Shown here piece after piece: positions 37,932-48,999 of a stretch of 64,000 nucleotides of DNA. The notes under the pieces were generated by a model. The model saw only the letters and a program-made list of their open reading frames with translations. It was not told the origin of the DNA and searched no databases. Origin of the DNA: Neoechinorhynchus agilis (taxonomy: Eukaryota; Animalia; Acanthocephala); the NCBI GenBank assembly GCA_051530055.1, contig CM121342.1, forward strand, positions 964,797 to 1,028,796, read 5' to 3'. The number at the start of each line of letters is the position of its first letter. Positions within the stretch are counted from its first letter, which is position 1. The translations under genes were made by a program, and so were the position numbers.

Positions 37932-37972
37932 TTCGAAATATTTCGCGAGGTATCCTCGCCTCTTCAGTCATC
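37932..37972 (-). ncRNA. Hammerhead motif in inverted 5' pLTR
   Basis: TGA-CTGAAGA-G-GCGAG..CTCGC-GAAA-TA-T-T-TCG. Confidence 0.7.
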
Positions 37973-40088
37973 TAAAAATAGGTTTTCCATATTACGATTT
38001 TTGCTAGTATCAATCGAGGAAGATCATACAGCCACGAGCCACTTATGGAAGCTGGAACAATTAAGACCGAAAACATGGGAAGAGCGCGGCTACTTCGTAA
38101 ATAAATCAAAACGCACTATCTCCTCAAGGCAACTGAATTTGCTGAACAAGGGACCCGACTATATTATTAAGAATAAGATTCGATCGACTAAAATCCGATG
38201 TGATACAGAGCTGCTCATAAACTCACATCCAGATCTGATGAGTTCAATTGTGGCCTATGACAGGAAAGGTCGTAGTCGGAACGTTCGCAACGATAATGAT
38301 GAAATGGCAATCGCGAAGTCTGTGAAGCATGTGGCATCAATAATGATTTGCAAATCTGACAAAGGACGCGCTTTAGTAGCTGTGGACATGGAAGGTTATC
38401 AAAAGGGGGCTATCGATCCTCTTTACTCTGACAAATTCGTGAGGCTGGCGAAATATCCCATGCGAAGCAGAGAAATTAAATTTAACGGTTTCCTAAGGAA
38501 CTTGTTGAACCGGTCTCTGATCAGTCTTCAATTTTACAACGCGACGCGATCATCATCGGCTAAGTGTGCGTTTCTATATCTCCTTCCGAAGATTCACAAG
38601 CCAATCATGCAGTACCGTCCAATTATAGCCAGTTACATGTCGTTCAACCATCGCCTATCCAAAAGGATTAATGTTTTATTAAGATCGATTGTAGCAACTT
38701 CCGCCTCGCACATCAAGGATGGACCTACGTTTATGATTGAGATCAGGAAAATAAACGTTAAGCTCCACAGAATGTTTACGGCCGATGTTAATGCTCTTTT
38801 CACCAATGTCCCGTTGACCAAAACGATCGAACTATCAGCTGATTTACTATCGAAGAATTGCAGTGAACCACGTTTGGACCGTGGTACGTGGTATTCCCTA
38901 ATTCAATGGTGCACGAGTATGACAGCCTTCGAATTCGAGGGTTCTTTTTACGATCAAAAAGATGGTGTAGCCATGGGATCTCCACTAGCTCCGACTTTGT
39001 GCGACATTTACATGCGGGATTGGGAGTCCACTTTCTTGGATTTTCATAGTTATGTAAATCGATGGTGGCGTTATGTAGACGATGCATTCATTCTAACTGA
39101 TTCAAACCACAACGAAGATTCACTAGATGCTGATCTGAATATTCAAGATTCACACATGCAGTGGACAGTCAATGAAGAGGGCATGTACGGTGAGGTCTCG
39201 TTCCTGGACGTCCTTGTTAAGCGCTCATCACAAGGCAAAGTTAGCACCTCACTTTTTCGTCACATTGGTCAAGTCACCAACCGATAAGGCATAAAATCTC
39301 GGCGGTCTCTTCATACTTCCGAAGAGCCTCTCTTATCTCATCCACTCGATTGGCGTGGAGTAAAGAAAGGGAGAAGATAGTCCAGAAGCTAAAAATGATG
39401 GGATATCCCAAATGGATTATAGACCGCGGAATCAAAAGCAGGAAGTACCATCCACACAACAACCACAACCAAAAATCGCCCACAGAGCTTATATGTTTCG
39501 AAAAAGTGAACTTCATTAATGATGAAACAAATCAAATGATCTACTCCATTATGAGTAAGAAGGCTGGAACTCGTCTCTATAACAATAAAGGAATCGCCCT
39601 CAGATGCACATTCAAGAGGAAGAGTAAAACTGAGCCGATGCATGGGTTTTACAGAATGCACTGTGAACAGTGTGATAAAGTCTACATCGGACAAACGATG
39701 AAGGGCATTAAGAAGAGGGTCTCGCAACATAAGCAAGCTTACATTCGATTTGAGCATTCATCGGCAATCTCAAATCATCAAGAGACTTTTAAGCATCGCG
39801 CTGATTTTAATGGCACCTACTTCATGGAAGAGGAACAAATCTTAAAAAGACGCCTGGTTTTAGAGGCTTTACACATCGCTGCGTCAAACACAATGGAGGG
39901 AAATAAAGCTAATTTTAGCTCGAAACTTCCAGCCAGCGACGTGATAAAAATCAATATAAAAAAATCAATGGAAAAACAAAAAACGAAACACAGCTCAGGG
40001 GGTTCGAGCGGATAATTGGTCCTTGAACTTCGGGTTTGGCGATCCCGCGTACTCGAGCAAAAATCGTAATATGGAATACCTATTTTTA

Positions 40089-40128
40089 GATGACTGAAGA
40101 GGCGAGGATATCTCGCGAAATATTTCGA
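40089..40128 (+). ncRNA. Hammerhead motif in 3' pLTR
   Basis: TGA-CTGAAGA-G-GCGAG-GATAT-CTCGC-GAAA-TA-T-T-TCG. Confidence 0.72.
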
Positions 40129-41181
40129 ATAAATAAAATATGTAATGACCGGGATTATTCTCACCGAAACTGCAATTTTATTGTCCCGAAGGACTTTCTA
40201 TCGATAGAATTTTTTATTTATACTTAAATTAAAAACACAGAAAATTTTCCACTAACTTCTGCATATATCAATACGCATAGGTTTTAATTTTTAATTAGCG
40301 AATATACAAGCTAAAAAATTTGCGATAATTTCCAAAATATTGGGCCTAAATGACTCTTTGCTGTTCTGTTGGTTTCGTGATTTGCACGGCAAGATAGATT
40401 TTGATCCTGCTATGAATTTACTTTAAACAACGAATCAAATAATAGATGAACGCTTATGCTGAAAGATAAATGAATGAAAGTGATTTGAAATAAAGGTAAG
40501 GTAGAAATTTTAAAGAAACGTGTAGTTTCGTTCGCCAGATACTTTGCACAATTTAAATTTATACTACACATTTTTGATGTGTCAACTTTTGGCATTATTA
40601 AAATCGAATTCTTGCAAGATAATGCTAAAGAATTTTCACAGAAGATGTCATTACGTTATTGGTCGAATTAATTGACGAGTCCTTTAATATTTTTGAGATT
40701 GAGTTGTGCCATGTGAGATCTGATTGGAAATTAGAGCTTTGAAAACAGAGATAACCTCGCACACTTATAATTTTTTTTAATAAGCTCATAATTAAATGCT
40801 TAAGCACGAAGCTAATACATTTATCTGTTTTTATTCTTGACAATGGGTTTACGATAAATTAAACGTTGAAAATAAAACATGAATAATGGTAGAAGTTAAA
40901 TCAGTCCTGAAATAGCAATTGTGACAAATAATTTCAACGGCGTCCATAGTTCAATGTTGGGACTTATCTACGTTGTTATTAAAAATTCCAAAGACCATTC
41001 CGTATTATATTTCAAGCAAAACATTAAGTACTCAATAAGAACTTGAATGCAATATGCGTACAATTCATCTTGGAGTTCGTAACCCGTGTACGGATTTTAA
41101 TAAACACTTACATTCACTGCTATCTAATGAGTTTATTGTGGTTAATCCGATAAAGCTAAACTACTCTAATGTGCTCACTAC

Positions 41182-41591
41182 TTAGAAAGTTTCGATTTCA
41201 TCATCAAGTCTGACATTGCACTTGATGGCCACTAGAGTATAGGGATTTATTCCGTTAGTTAGATCCACTGCTACTTTAAAGATGCAGATGCACTTTGCAT
41301 TGCACGAATCTGGATAATAAACTGAAGTCTAAGTAAAGAAGAGTTGATCAATCTTTAAAGCAAAGAAAATACATACTTTAACCCAATACATGACCGGGAC
41401 ATCTGAGACAGTTTCCTGCTTATAAGAAAGTGGTGCAAGTGCGCAGTTGCACATACTGAGCTCGTTGCAGATCTGGTTCTTGAGCTATTAAGAGCATTAA
41501 AGAGCGCAATGAAATTAATTTTTCAGTTTACCTGAGTAATAGCGTCATAGACGGTCGAGGATATAACTAATTCCCCACTAATGTTGCTCAT
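41182..41591 (-). CDS. Cys-rich stefin-like protein B (3 exons)
   Basis: MSNISGELVISSTVYDAITQ|LKNQICNELSMCNCALAPLSYKQETVSDVPVMYWVK|TSVYYPDSC..KCNVRLDDEIETF. Confidence 0.75.
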
Positions 41592-42468
41592 TTTCTCTTC
41601 AGGATATTCAGGGAGAAACAATACGTTCTTAAGATTTGAAACCTCTCGCTTTATCCTTCTAGCAAATTGAGCAATCAGGTGTACATAATAACCACATTAT
41701 TAAATATACGAGTTATAAATATTTGTGCAACAAGCATCTATACATTGCCGATAATTGTCAAGCTTATTATGTTCATCATCTGAGCTAAATGAAGACACTG
41801 AAATTTCATCTTTGTTAAAATTAAAAAAACATATACCAATATGCTCCATGAACCTTTACGGCTACGCATTAAATATAAAAAACAGCATTTTCTACTTTTC
41901 AAGTATTTTATTAAATCGGCAGTCTTATCGAAACTAAATATACGACATTGAGATCGCCGTACACCGATTGTAAAAAATCATAATGTCGAGAATTGAATCA
42001 TTCAGATTTACTGATGCATAATACGAATTCAAAAAGGAGAACTACGAAAAAGCATTCAACTTACGATTGTCGAACTAAATTGTATAAATAATCGATAAAA
42101 GGAAATTACACAATTCGATACTTTATGAACCAACTTGTCGAACTAATTTACTGCGATAAGAATTTTCATTTAAAATCTATTTTAAATACATGCGCTAAAC
42201 GATGAGGTCAAATGTCGGACTCTTGGACTTTTAGAAAATATTTGGGGTTATGACAAAAACTAGCATTGTTGATCGACTTAATTGTTAAAAATATTGACAT
42301 GTACACAAATGTCGTTTGACGTCGTTCAAAAATGTTCATATCATTCAAGAATTAATATCACAGCATCGAGAAGGGTAGCTAAAATCTAGTATCTCCAAAA
42401 TTTCGTCAATCTTTGACATACCATTCGTTTTTATCTAAGGGATCCTTCTATTTAGCGACCGGGCGCCC

Positions 42469-44096
42469 ATGCAACAGACATGGGAGCATGAACAAATGCA
42501 AAATATTCTACGCGGGTCTGCAGCTAAAAACGTTCAACCAAGTGACATACTGCCATTTATTGCAACTTATAATCAACGGCAATACTCGTGCAATAATCAG
42601 AGCGTACCAGCGGCCAACAAATTTCAACACCGAATTCCGCAATGTCCAGCAATTAATAATGGACAGCAGGGTCAAATATCTGAGCAGGTACTTCCAATAG
42701 GGCATTGTTCTCAGCAAGGCCCACTGCCGTTTGGATCGCGACCATTGGTTGATCAGCAACAAATGACGAACAATCCGATGAACCAACGAATGCCATTGAT
42801 GCAGCAGTCGGTTATTGTCCAACAACAATTACCTACAATGCAGAATTTAGTACATGACCAGAAAAAAATGATCAACAATCCGATGTATCAGCGAATATAT
42901 CCAATGGAAATGGCAGTTTACGATCAACAGCAAGCTGCTGCGATGCAAAACATATATAGAGGTCAACAGAAAATGGTCATTGGACACGAGAACCAAAAAA
43001 TAGCGCAAAGTCAGGAGCAATCAGTCCTTGAACAACATCAGGCAGCTAAAAGAACAATGGTCAATAGAGCGTTGTTGGGTGAACGTCGTTCTATAATTGA
43101 AATACAACAAACTGCTAAACAACCCAGAAACGAACAAATCAATCCAATGCAACATGTAAATGTCGCCCCGTACCAAATGATTAATAGAGATCAAAGGATG
43201 CCGCAAAGTCAGCAGCAATCAGTGCTTGATCAGCAGCCATTAGATCCGGAATATATTGAAGCTCGTCAACGAACCCTAAAAGCCATGTAGGTAAGGTTGA
43301 GAGTTGTTTTTATCATAAATTCTAATCATTGCAGGAGAAAGTTAATGATTACGCATTTTTTGCGCTTACAGAATTCGCCTGAGTCCATTGAAGCGGAGAT
43401 GTTCAGAGTTTCACCAAGCATGTCAGACTATCATGGACTGTCTGAGTTATTCATTTGCAATTTAACGCGAGAACTGAAGAGAAGACTCAAAGAACGAGGC
43501 CGGAGACCAAAGGTTGATTTGGCCGCCGACGAAACCACTGATAATGAGCCGCCGCCAGCTAAACGGCCAAAAAAAGGAAAGAATGAAGAGGTGGTGCCGG
43601 ATGATCTACGTGAATGGAGGCAATATCATTATATAGAATCCATTATTCCTACAATTGAAAGATTCCTCGGGATGGCGAACGAAGGAAAAATTAAAGGTAA
43701 GATATTGTAAAGATATTTAATTCGAAATGTTATTATCCAAATTAGCAATATTCAATTTTCCTCCTTTTAGACCTTGATAAAGATCTTGTTGCTCGATCAT
43801 ATGAAATAGTAGAGAAATTCAAAGAGAGGTCACCAATAGACGCTTTGGAGCTGAATCAAGTTAGGCGCTTTGTGTGGATCGAATTGGTTCCACTGATGGC
43901 GAAACATCGAGTCCCGTACGAAGGACCAAAAGACAACTTAACCCCCGCTCAAGTGGATTACGTTACGATGCTGCACATTACGAACCGGACAAAAGACGAG
44001 AAAAATGAGGAGGAGAAACAATCAATAGAGATCGCAGAGCCTAAAGCAAAAAAACGGCCATTTGACTTCAATTGGCATAAAACGCGGTGGCATTAG
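42469..44096 (+). CDS. Gln-rich protein with helical C-terminal region and NLS-like motifs (3 exons)
   Basis: Q/N/M-rich exon with internal repeats; GTAGGT..TGCAG intron restores the frame into RKLMITHF..PPPAKRPKK; second intron to DLDKDLV..KKRPFDFNWHKTRWH. Confidence 0.7.
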
Positions 44097-44194
44097 GGTA
44101 CTGACTAAAAAAGTAACTCGCAATAGTTGTAAATTATTAGTATTCACATTAAATAGTCGTTTAATTTTTTATACGCTGCAGTTGAACCAAAGGA

Positions 44195-44920
44195 GCTTCA
44201 CGACTAAGAAATGCGTTCACTTCGGCGTGTCGTAAGTACCTTCCTTTTGACTGCCGGCAGACGAGACCATGACGTCCCGATGGTTCCACCGTTGCTCCGT
44301 ATCATCAGCCATAAGATGTGCACATCGGTACCCAAGTCTCAAGGACACTCCAATCCTTACTGTCTCGTTAGAGAGAAGGGTACCTACCGAAGCGATTAGG
44401 ATTGTGTTGAGCCAAGCACCTGATTCTCTTGTAGAGACCGCCGCCAATCGAGTTCGGTTCACCAGGTCACGAGAATCTGAAATTAAAGAGTTATGAATTT
44501 CGCTACGAGGGTTAGAACCATTGATGGTTACTTACTCGCTACCGGAATGTTCACATAAAAAACTAGCAGCCTCCACGAAATCTTCATCCAAAGTGTAATC
44601 ATCGCCAAGAAAAGACTGCACTATTTTACCACCTGCTTCACACGATCCCAAATAAGTTGGCAGAGAAATATCGGCAGCTTTTCGGATATTCAAACCGTCG
44701 GACTACACATCAAGGACGCTTGACGCTGCGCCTCGTCCGACCGCTGAGTATTTTTAAATTTTTCGGGAGAGGTCCGTCTTATTTTTCCAGCCGTGCTGTA
44801 CGCAGCTTATAAAGCGATTTTGGAATAAAGAAGGTGTCCTTGATCAGGAACAGAGCCTCGTTTGAGGGTAATTCATTAAGCCGTTCGCAAAACACCAAAA
44901 ATTACGGTTGAAGATTGTCC
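44195..44920 (-). mobile_element. CRE family B internal fragment
   Basis: RTRLAAVSTRESGAWLNTILIASVGTLLSNETVRIGVSLRLG. Confidence 0.88.
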
Positions 44921-45169
44921 ATCTTTGCTCCCATACTAGAGTCAAAGAAGGTTGAAATACAGTGGAGCAATCGCTATTGCAAATCGATTTTCGACCTTCG
45001 CTTCAAAGCGTGGTCAATCGGACTTCCCTTCGTTCACCTGCGGCTATCTCGTCTTTTGCAACTTTTTCAAATCACAAATCCGCCTTTTCGAAACGTTTCA
45101 TAGAAGATCCTCTAAAATTTGAATAGTTGGTTTCCCCCCGCTCACCAAATGCGTTGATAAAATTGTAAG

Positions 45170-45300
45170 CAGAAGAGGAGGTTGAATTCTATGGATCATA
45201 CCGGTGGGATTAAGATGCCGCAGGACAAAATATCGGATTATCTGTCGTTTCTCAATTTGCGTTTCAAAGTTAATCAGGTCACGGATTTCAGTTGGTATCT
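45170..45300. repeat. Dispersed repeat module, also at 57810-57910 and 62480-62615; probable hAT transposase remnant on the - strand
   Basis: Three similar copies; minus frame (FAI..)EIRDLINF..QIIRYFVLRHLNPTG loosely fits hAT FAIQLDESTD..QLxxFVRY..F..L..TG. Confidence 0.45.
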
Positions 45301-46316
45301 TAATCCGTGCCGTAAAAGAATAGCCATGCTTTGAAATTATCATAATTCTTAACAACGCACCGAATCCAGACGCAAAATCATGGTCACACCATTGGCAAAG
45401 TACCATCCAGAATGCCGCAGCAAGTGATAATTCTCAAATGGGGATTTAGGAAATCATACTCTGGCCTTCCTTTTTCCCCACTTCTTCAGGAATTCCTTCT
45501 GCAAGATACACTAGGCTTGAAGTTTCCAACCAGAATTGACGAGATTATAGCTTCCAAAACATTCAAAATCAATGCCAAAGCTAGGAATGTGGTCTTATTG
45601 CACTGATTTTTCCGATATCAAAACATGCTCCATCCAATTTGCATATTGTTCTTTTTTTATGATGTTTCCAATGTGAGAGGAAACATTAGAGAACTTTCCT
45701 AATTTTATGCGGCTTTAACAATAATAATCACACATGAAATATTTTATTGCGGTTGCCTGGCAGTTAGGAGCTGATAATCACGGCGATTTTGCTATATTGA
45801 TCCGTTTGGCTTCGAACAAAGATTTATTTAGTGGATGCAATTATCAATAACTGGTTGGAATAATAATATTTTTGTACGATTTTGGAACTGAATGGACAAA
45901 CTCTATTATTCCCTCCGTTTTTTAAAAAGATAAATTCATAAGAACGTGACTTAAGAATTTTGTTATAAAATTTTGATTGAAACAGTAGCAGAAAGCGACG
46001 TGAGTGCCTGCAGCCACACTTAAGTTTTTTGCTCAAGTTTTTATGTCAAGGTTCATTGACTTGCTAAGAAGTGTTTTTATCAGACAAAAGCCCAGATCCA
46101 CTCTCGTCAATATCCACTGTCGGATAAAACATTGGAAGGGGTAGAAATGAGAAGTTGAGCTTAAATTTGTATTTTGACCATAGCAATGATTTTGGACATG
46201 TCCTTAGCTGGTTAGTGTCTCAATTCACATACCAAGAAAAGCTAGCTAATGCATTTAATAATCTATAGAGCGATAATAGGTTCTAAACTAATCTGCTCTT
46301 AATCGGCTGCTACTCT

Positions 46317-46729
46317 TTAGAATGCAATGATCTCATCGTCAAGAAGGACATTACACTTGACGGACACAAGAGTGTATAAGTTCTCCGCATTATTGAGATT
46401 GACTGCAATCCTAAACAGGCAAACAGTGTCCTCCGGTGGACATCCAGGTTTGGTCACAATAGCCTATAAGAATAAAATTAAAGTGCTAAAAGGTGAAACA
46501 ACCTCATACCTTCACTAAATAAATGGTCGGATCAGATTCTAGGCCGAGTGATTTGTAGCTGATTGGTGTGATAATGCAACAACCCAATCCCAAAGCATGG
46601 CAAACCTCTTCATGGATCTGTTTTAATGAAAATAAATGTGATAGAATACTGTAAAGGAAAGCCAAAATTTACCGCATTAACCGCGGAGAATATAGCTGGC
46701 GTGGCTACGGTTTCGAGAGAGATACTCAT
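46317..46729 (-). CDS. Cys-rich stefin-like protein C (3 exons)
   Basis: (IPGE)MSISLETVATPAIFSAVNA|IHEEVCHALGLGCCIITPISYKSLGLESDPTIYLVK|AIVTKPGC..KCNVLLDDEIIAF. Confidence 0.78.
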
Positions 46730-47126
46730 TTCGCCAGGAATGAAATATTACCTAAGATATTCATATTGCTCTACTTTATCCGATTTGGGATGGTAGCAAA
46801 CTAACGAGTTGATTACTAAATAAGGCGTCTTATAGCAAGAATGTTTGACAACGTTTTTTTAAAGAGGAATATAGTAAGTGATAATATGTTTAAAATGTAA
46901 AGAAAAATATACCTGAAAATTAAGCATAAGTGCAAAATTTAAAACAATACCCACACTATTGCATGCTCAGTGAAAGCGCGAGAAATTTTGCGATTAAATA
47001 AAAGCACCAATGTCAGATGATATTTTCCAAATTAAAGGAAATTCCCGTGTTTAAGTCAAGCAAAAGAACTCAATTAGCTAACTACTAAGTTTATTATCAA
47101 CTAATTTGCTATCTAGGAATTCTATC

Positions 47127-47544
47127 TTAAAACGGCACTATTCCGTCATCGAGTGATACACTGCACTTAATGGAAACAAGAGTGTAAGTGTTCATCGCAT
47201 CATCAAGGTTGACCGCAATTCTAAGTAAGCAGACGCTGTTTTTAGATGGACATCCTGGTTGGGTTATAACAACCTGTTAATAGGAATCCAATAGAGCAGA
47301 AATTAAAGCAAGTTAGACTGACCTTCACTAAATAGACGACTGGTTTTGAATCCACGATTAATGCTTTGCAGCTGATTGGGGTGATATAGCAGTCATCCAA
47401 TTTAAGAACAGAGCAAATTTGACAATGAAGCTAATTTACGATGAAAAAAGTGCGATAAAAGGCTATTGCGTTATTTCTTTGACATACCTCGTTAACGGCA
47501 TCGATAACTCCATCGGTACAAACTGCTTCCTGTGTATAATTCAT
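47127..47544 (-). CDS. Cys-rich stefin-like protein D (3 exons)
   Basis: MNYTQEAVCTDGVIDAVNE|LHCQICSVLKLDDCYITPISCKALIVDSKPVVYLVK|VVITQPGC..KCSVSLDDGIVPF. Confidence 0.78.
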
Positions 47545-47827
47545 CGTGTCGAGAGTTAATGAATGTTCGACTCGCACTTATCCCCTCTCGACGGTACAGC
47601 AAGCATTTTGGCGAAATGTATACCAATATATTTATAGCTACGATTATTTGCCAATAGTTTTTCGCTTAATTAAAGCAATCACATCTAAACCACTATTCTC
47701 AAGCTATATACTCAAAATATGATTTTAACTGCGAAAAGACGTGAGCGTGCCCAAGCTTTAAAACGCACACGGTGTATATCGTTCGTTTTATTTAAGAACT
47801 CGTCCATAGATTTCGATCCATCAATAA

Positions 47828-48502
47828 TTATTTTTTTACACTCAAAGTTGACCGCCGTTGATATTTAACCTTTCTCAATTTTGAAATTCGGGCTGCGATA
47901 TCATCAAATACCGGGTTTCGTGGAATCGCACGTTTCCGTCTTATGCATTGAGCTCGCCTCCGTAGTTTATTCAACTCCAGAACAGTATATCTGAAGAATA
48001 TGAGAAATGGCCAAATTCCCAATATACAAGCAGCTGCAGCACTGATTAATTGCCTCAAATCCGATTGACAGTCAGAACGATCGCAATCAAAAAATGCAAG
48101 TAATTCATGCATTTGATTTCTCGCTTCTTGTGATAATGTATGATAATTTTCTTCTCTGGACTTCATTGCCATAAATGAATTAAAATTCGTAAAAATCAAA
48201 TACCCAATCACAACGGTGATTAAACAATATATAAATGCAATAAACCCAAAGCTCATTTTTCGCATTTGTGGGTTGTTGCGTTCAGGGAAAAAAATTGAAT
48301 TGTGGACAATATAGACCACGAGGAACAAAGACAATTGTGTTAGAATCGTAAAGAAAAACAACAATCCAAGTTTTGTTCTGTAAAGATCAATCCCAGCGAC
48401 GCCCTGCACAGAATGACGTTTTATAAGAACGTGAATTATAAATATTAGAAACGATGATGAACCGACGTAAAATCCATAAAAGTCCAGCGCAACTCTTCTC
48501 AT
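47828..48502 (-). CDS. Four-TM, tetraspanin-like membrane protein, intronless
   Basis: Three hydrophobic segments, a loop with helix and FFDCDRSDC, fourth TM, basic tail; no CCG. Confidence 0.6.
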   Translation of the reverse strand: MRRVALDFYGFYVGSSSFLIFIIHVLIKRHSVQGVAGIDLYRTKLGLLFFFTILTQLSLFLVVYIVHNSIFFPERNNPQMRKMSFGFIAFIYCLITVVIGYLIFTNFNSFMAMKSREENYHTLSQEARNQMHELLAFFDCDRSDCQSDLRQLISAAAACILGIWPFLIFFRYTVLELNKLRRRAQCIRRKRAIPRNPVFDDIAARISKLRKVKYQRRSTLSVKK

Positions 48503-48999
48503 CTGTGCCCGTAAACGTTTATGAACAAAGCAAATTGAGTAGTTGTCTAGCAACGAATATGAAATTTGTGGCTGGAATTACAATTTCATAAAACAAAAAT
48601 AATTGAATAGAGCGAGGTACCTCTGGTCCACTTGAACACTCGAACAATATGATAGATTAAATGAATGTGGTTGTTAATTGTGGAGTGATTGACGTGTTAG
48701 GTCCGGTGGAAAAGTTAGTGGTTATTAGTGTAGGAGAGTTTGTGAGAAAGTGGGGAAGACTTTTGGGCAGACAATCGAATGTTGCTTTCCGAGCTAAATC
48801 TCACCTGTAAACTCTGACCAAAACGCTGCATAACTGAGATCCGTTGAAAGCTGGAGATCACAAAGATTCATGAATTAAAAAACGTTAATAGTTCATGTCC
48901 TTTCGGGACGTTTTTGAACTCTTCAACATGGAACCAATTGCCCAAGGCGGTATTTTTGCTATTTTGAACATTTTATTTGTGTGTCGTTTTTGAACTGAA

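Larger units (their letters stand above)
37895..40190 (+). mobile_element. Near-complete Penelope-like element (RT + GIY-YIG) with inverted 5' partial pLTR and 3' pLTR; one frameshifting deletion near 39265
   Basis: KSDKG, LLPKIHKP..RPII, DVNALFTNVP, QKDGVAMGSPLAP, RYVDD, FLDV, FYRMHCEQCDKVYIGQT; 37895-37985 is the reverse complement of 40075-40170. Confidence 0.95.

Noticed and set aside
364-46760. Stop-codon reassignment (in-frame TAA/TAG in RTEL1, the 14200 frame and upstream of two stefin-like genes)
   Set aside because: Conserved genes end at TAA or TGA at the expected positions; introns or pseudogenisation explain the cases.
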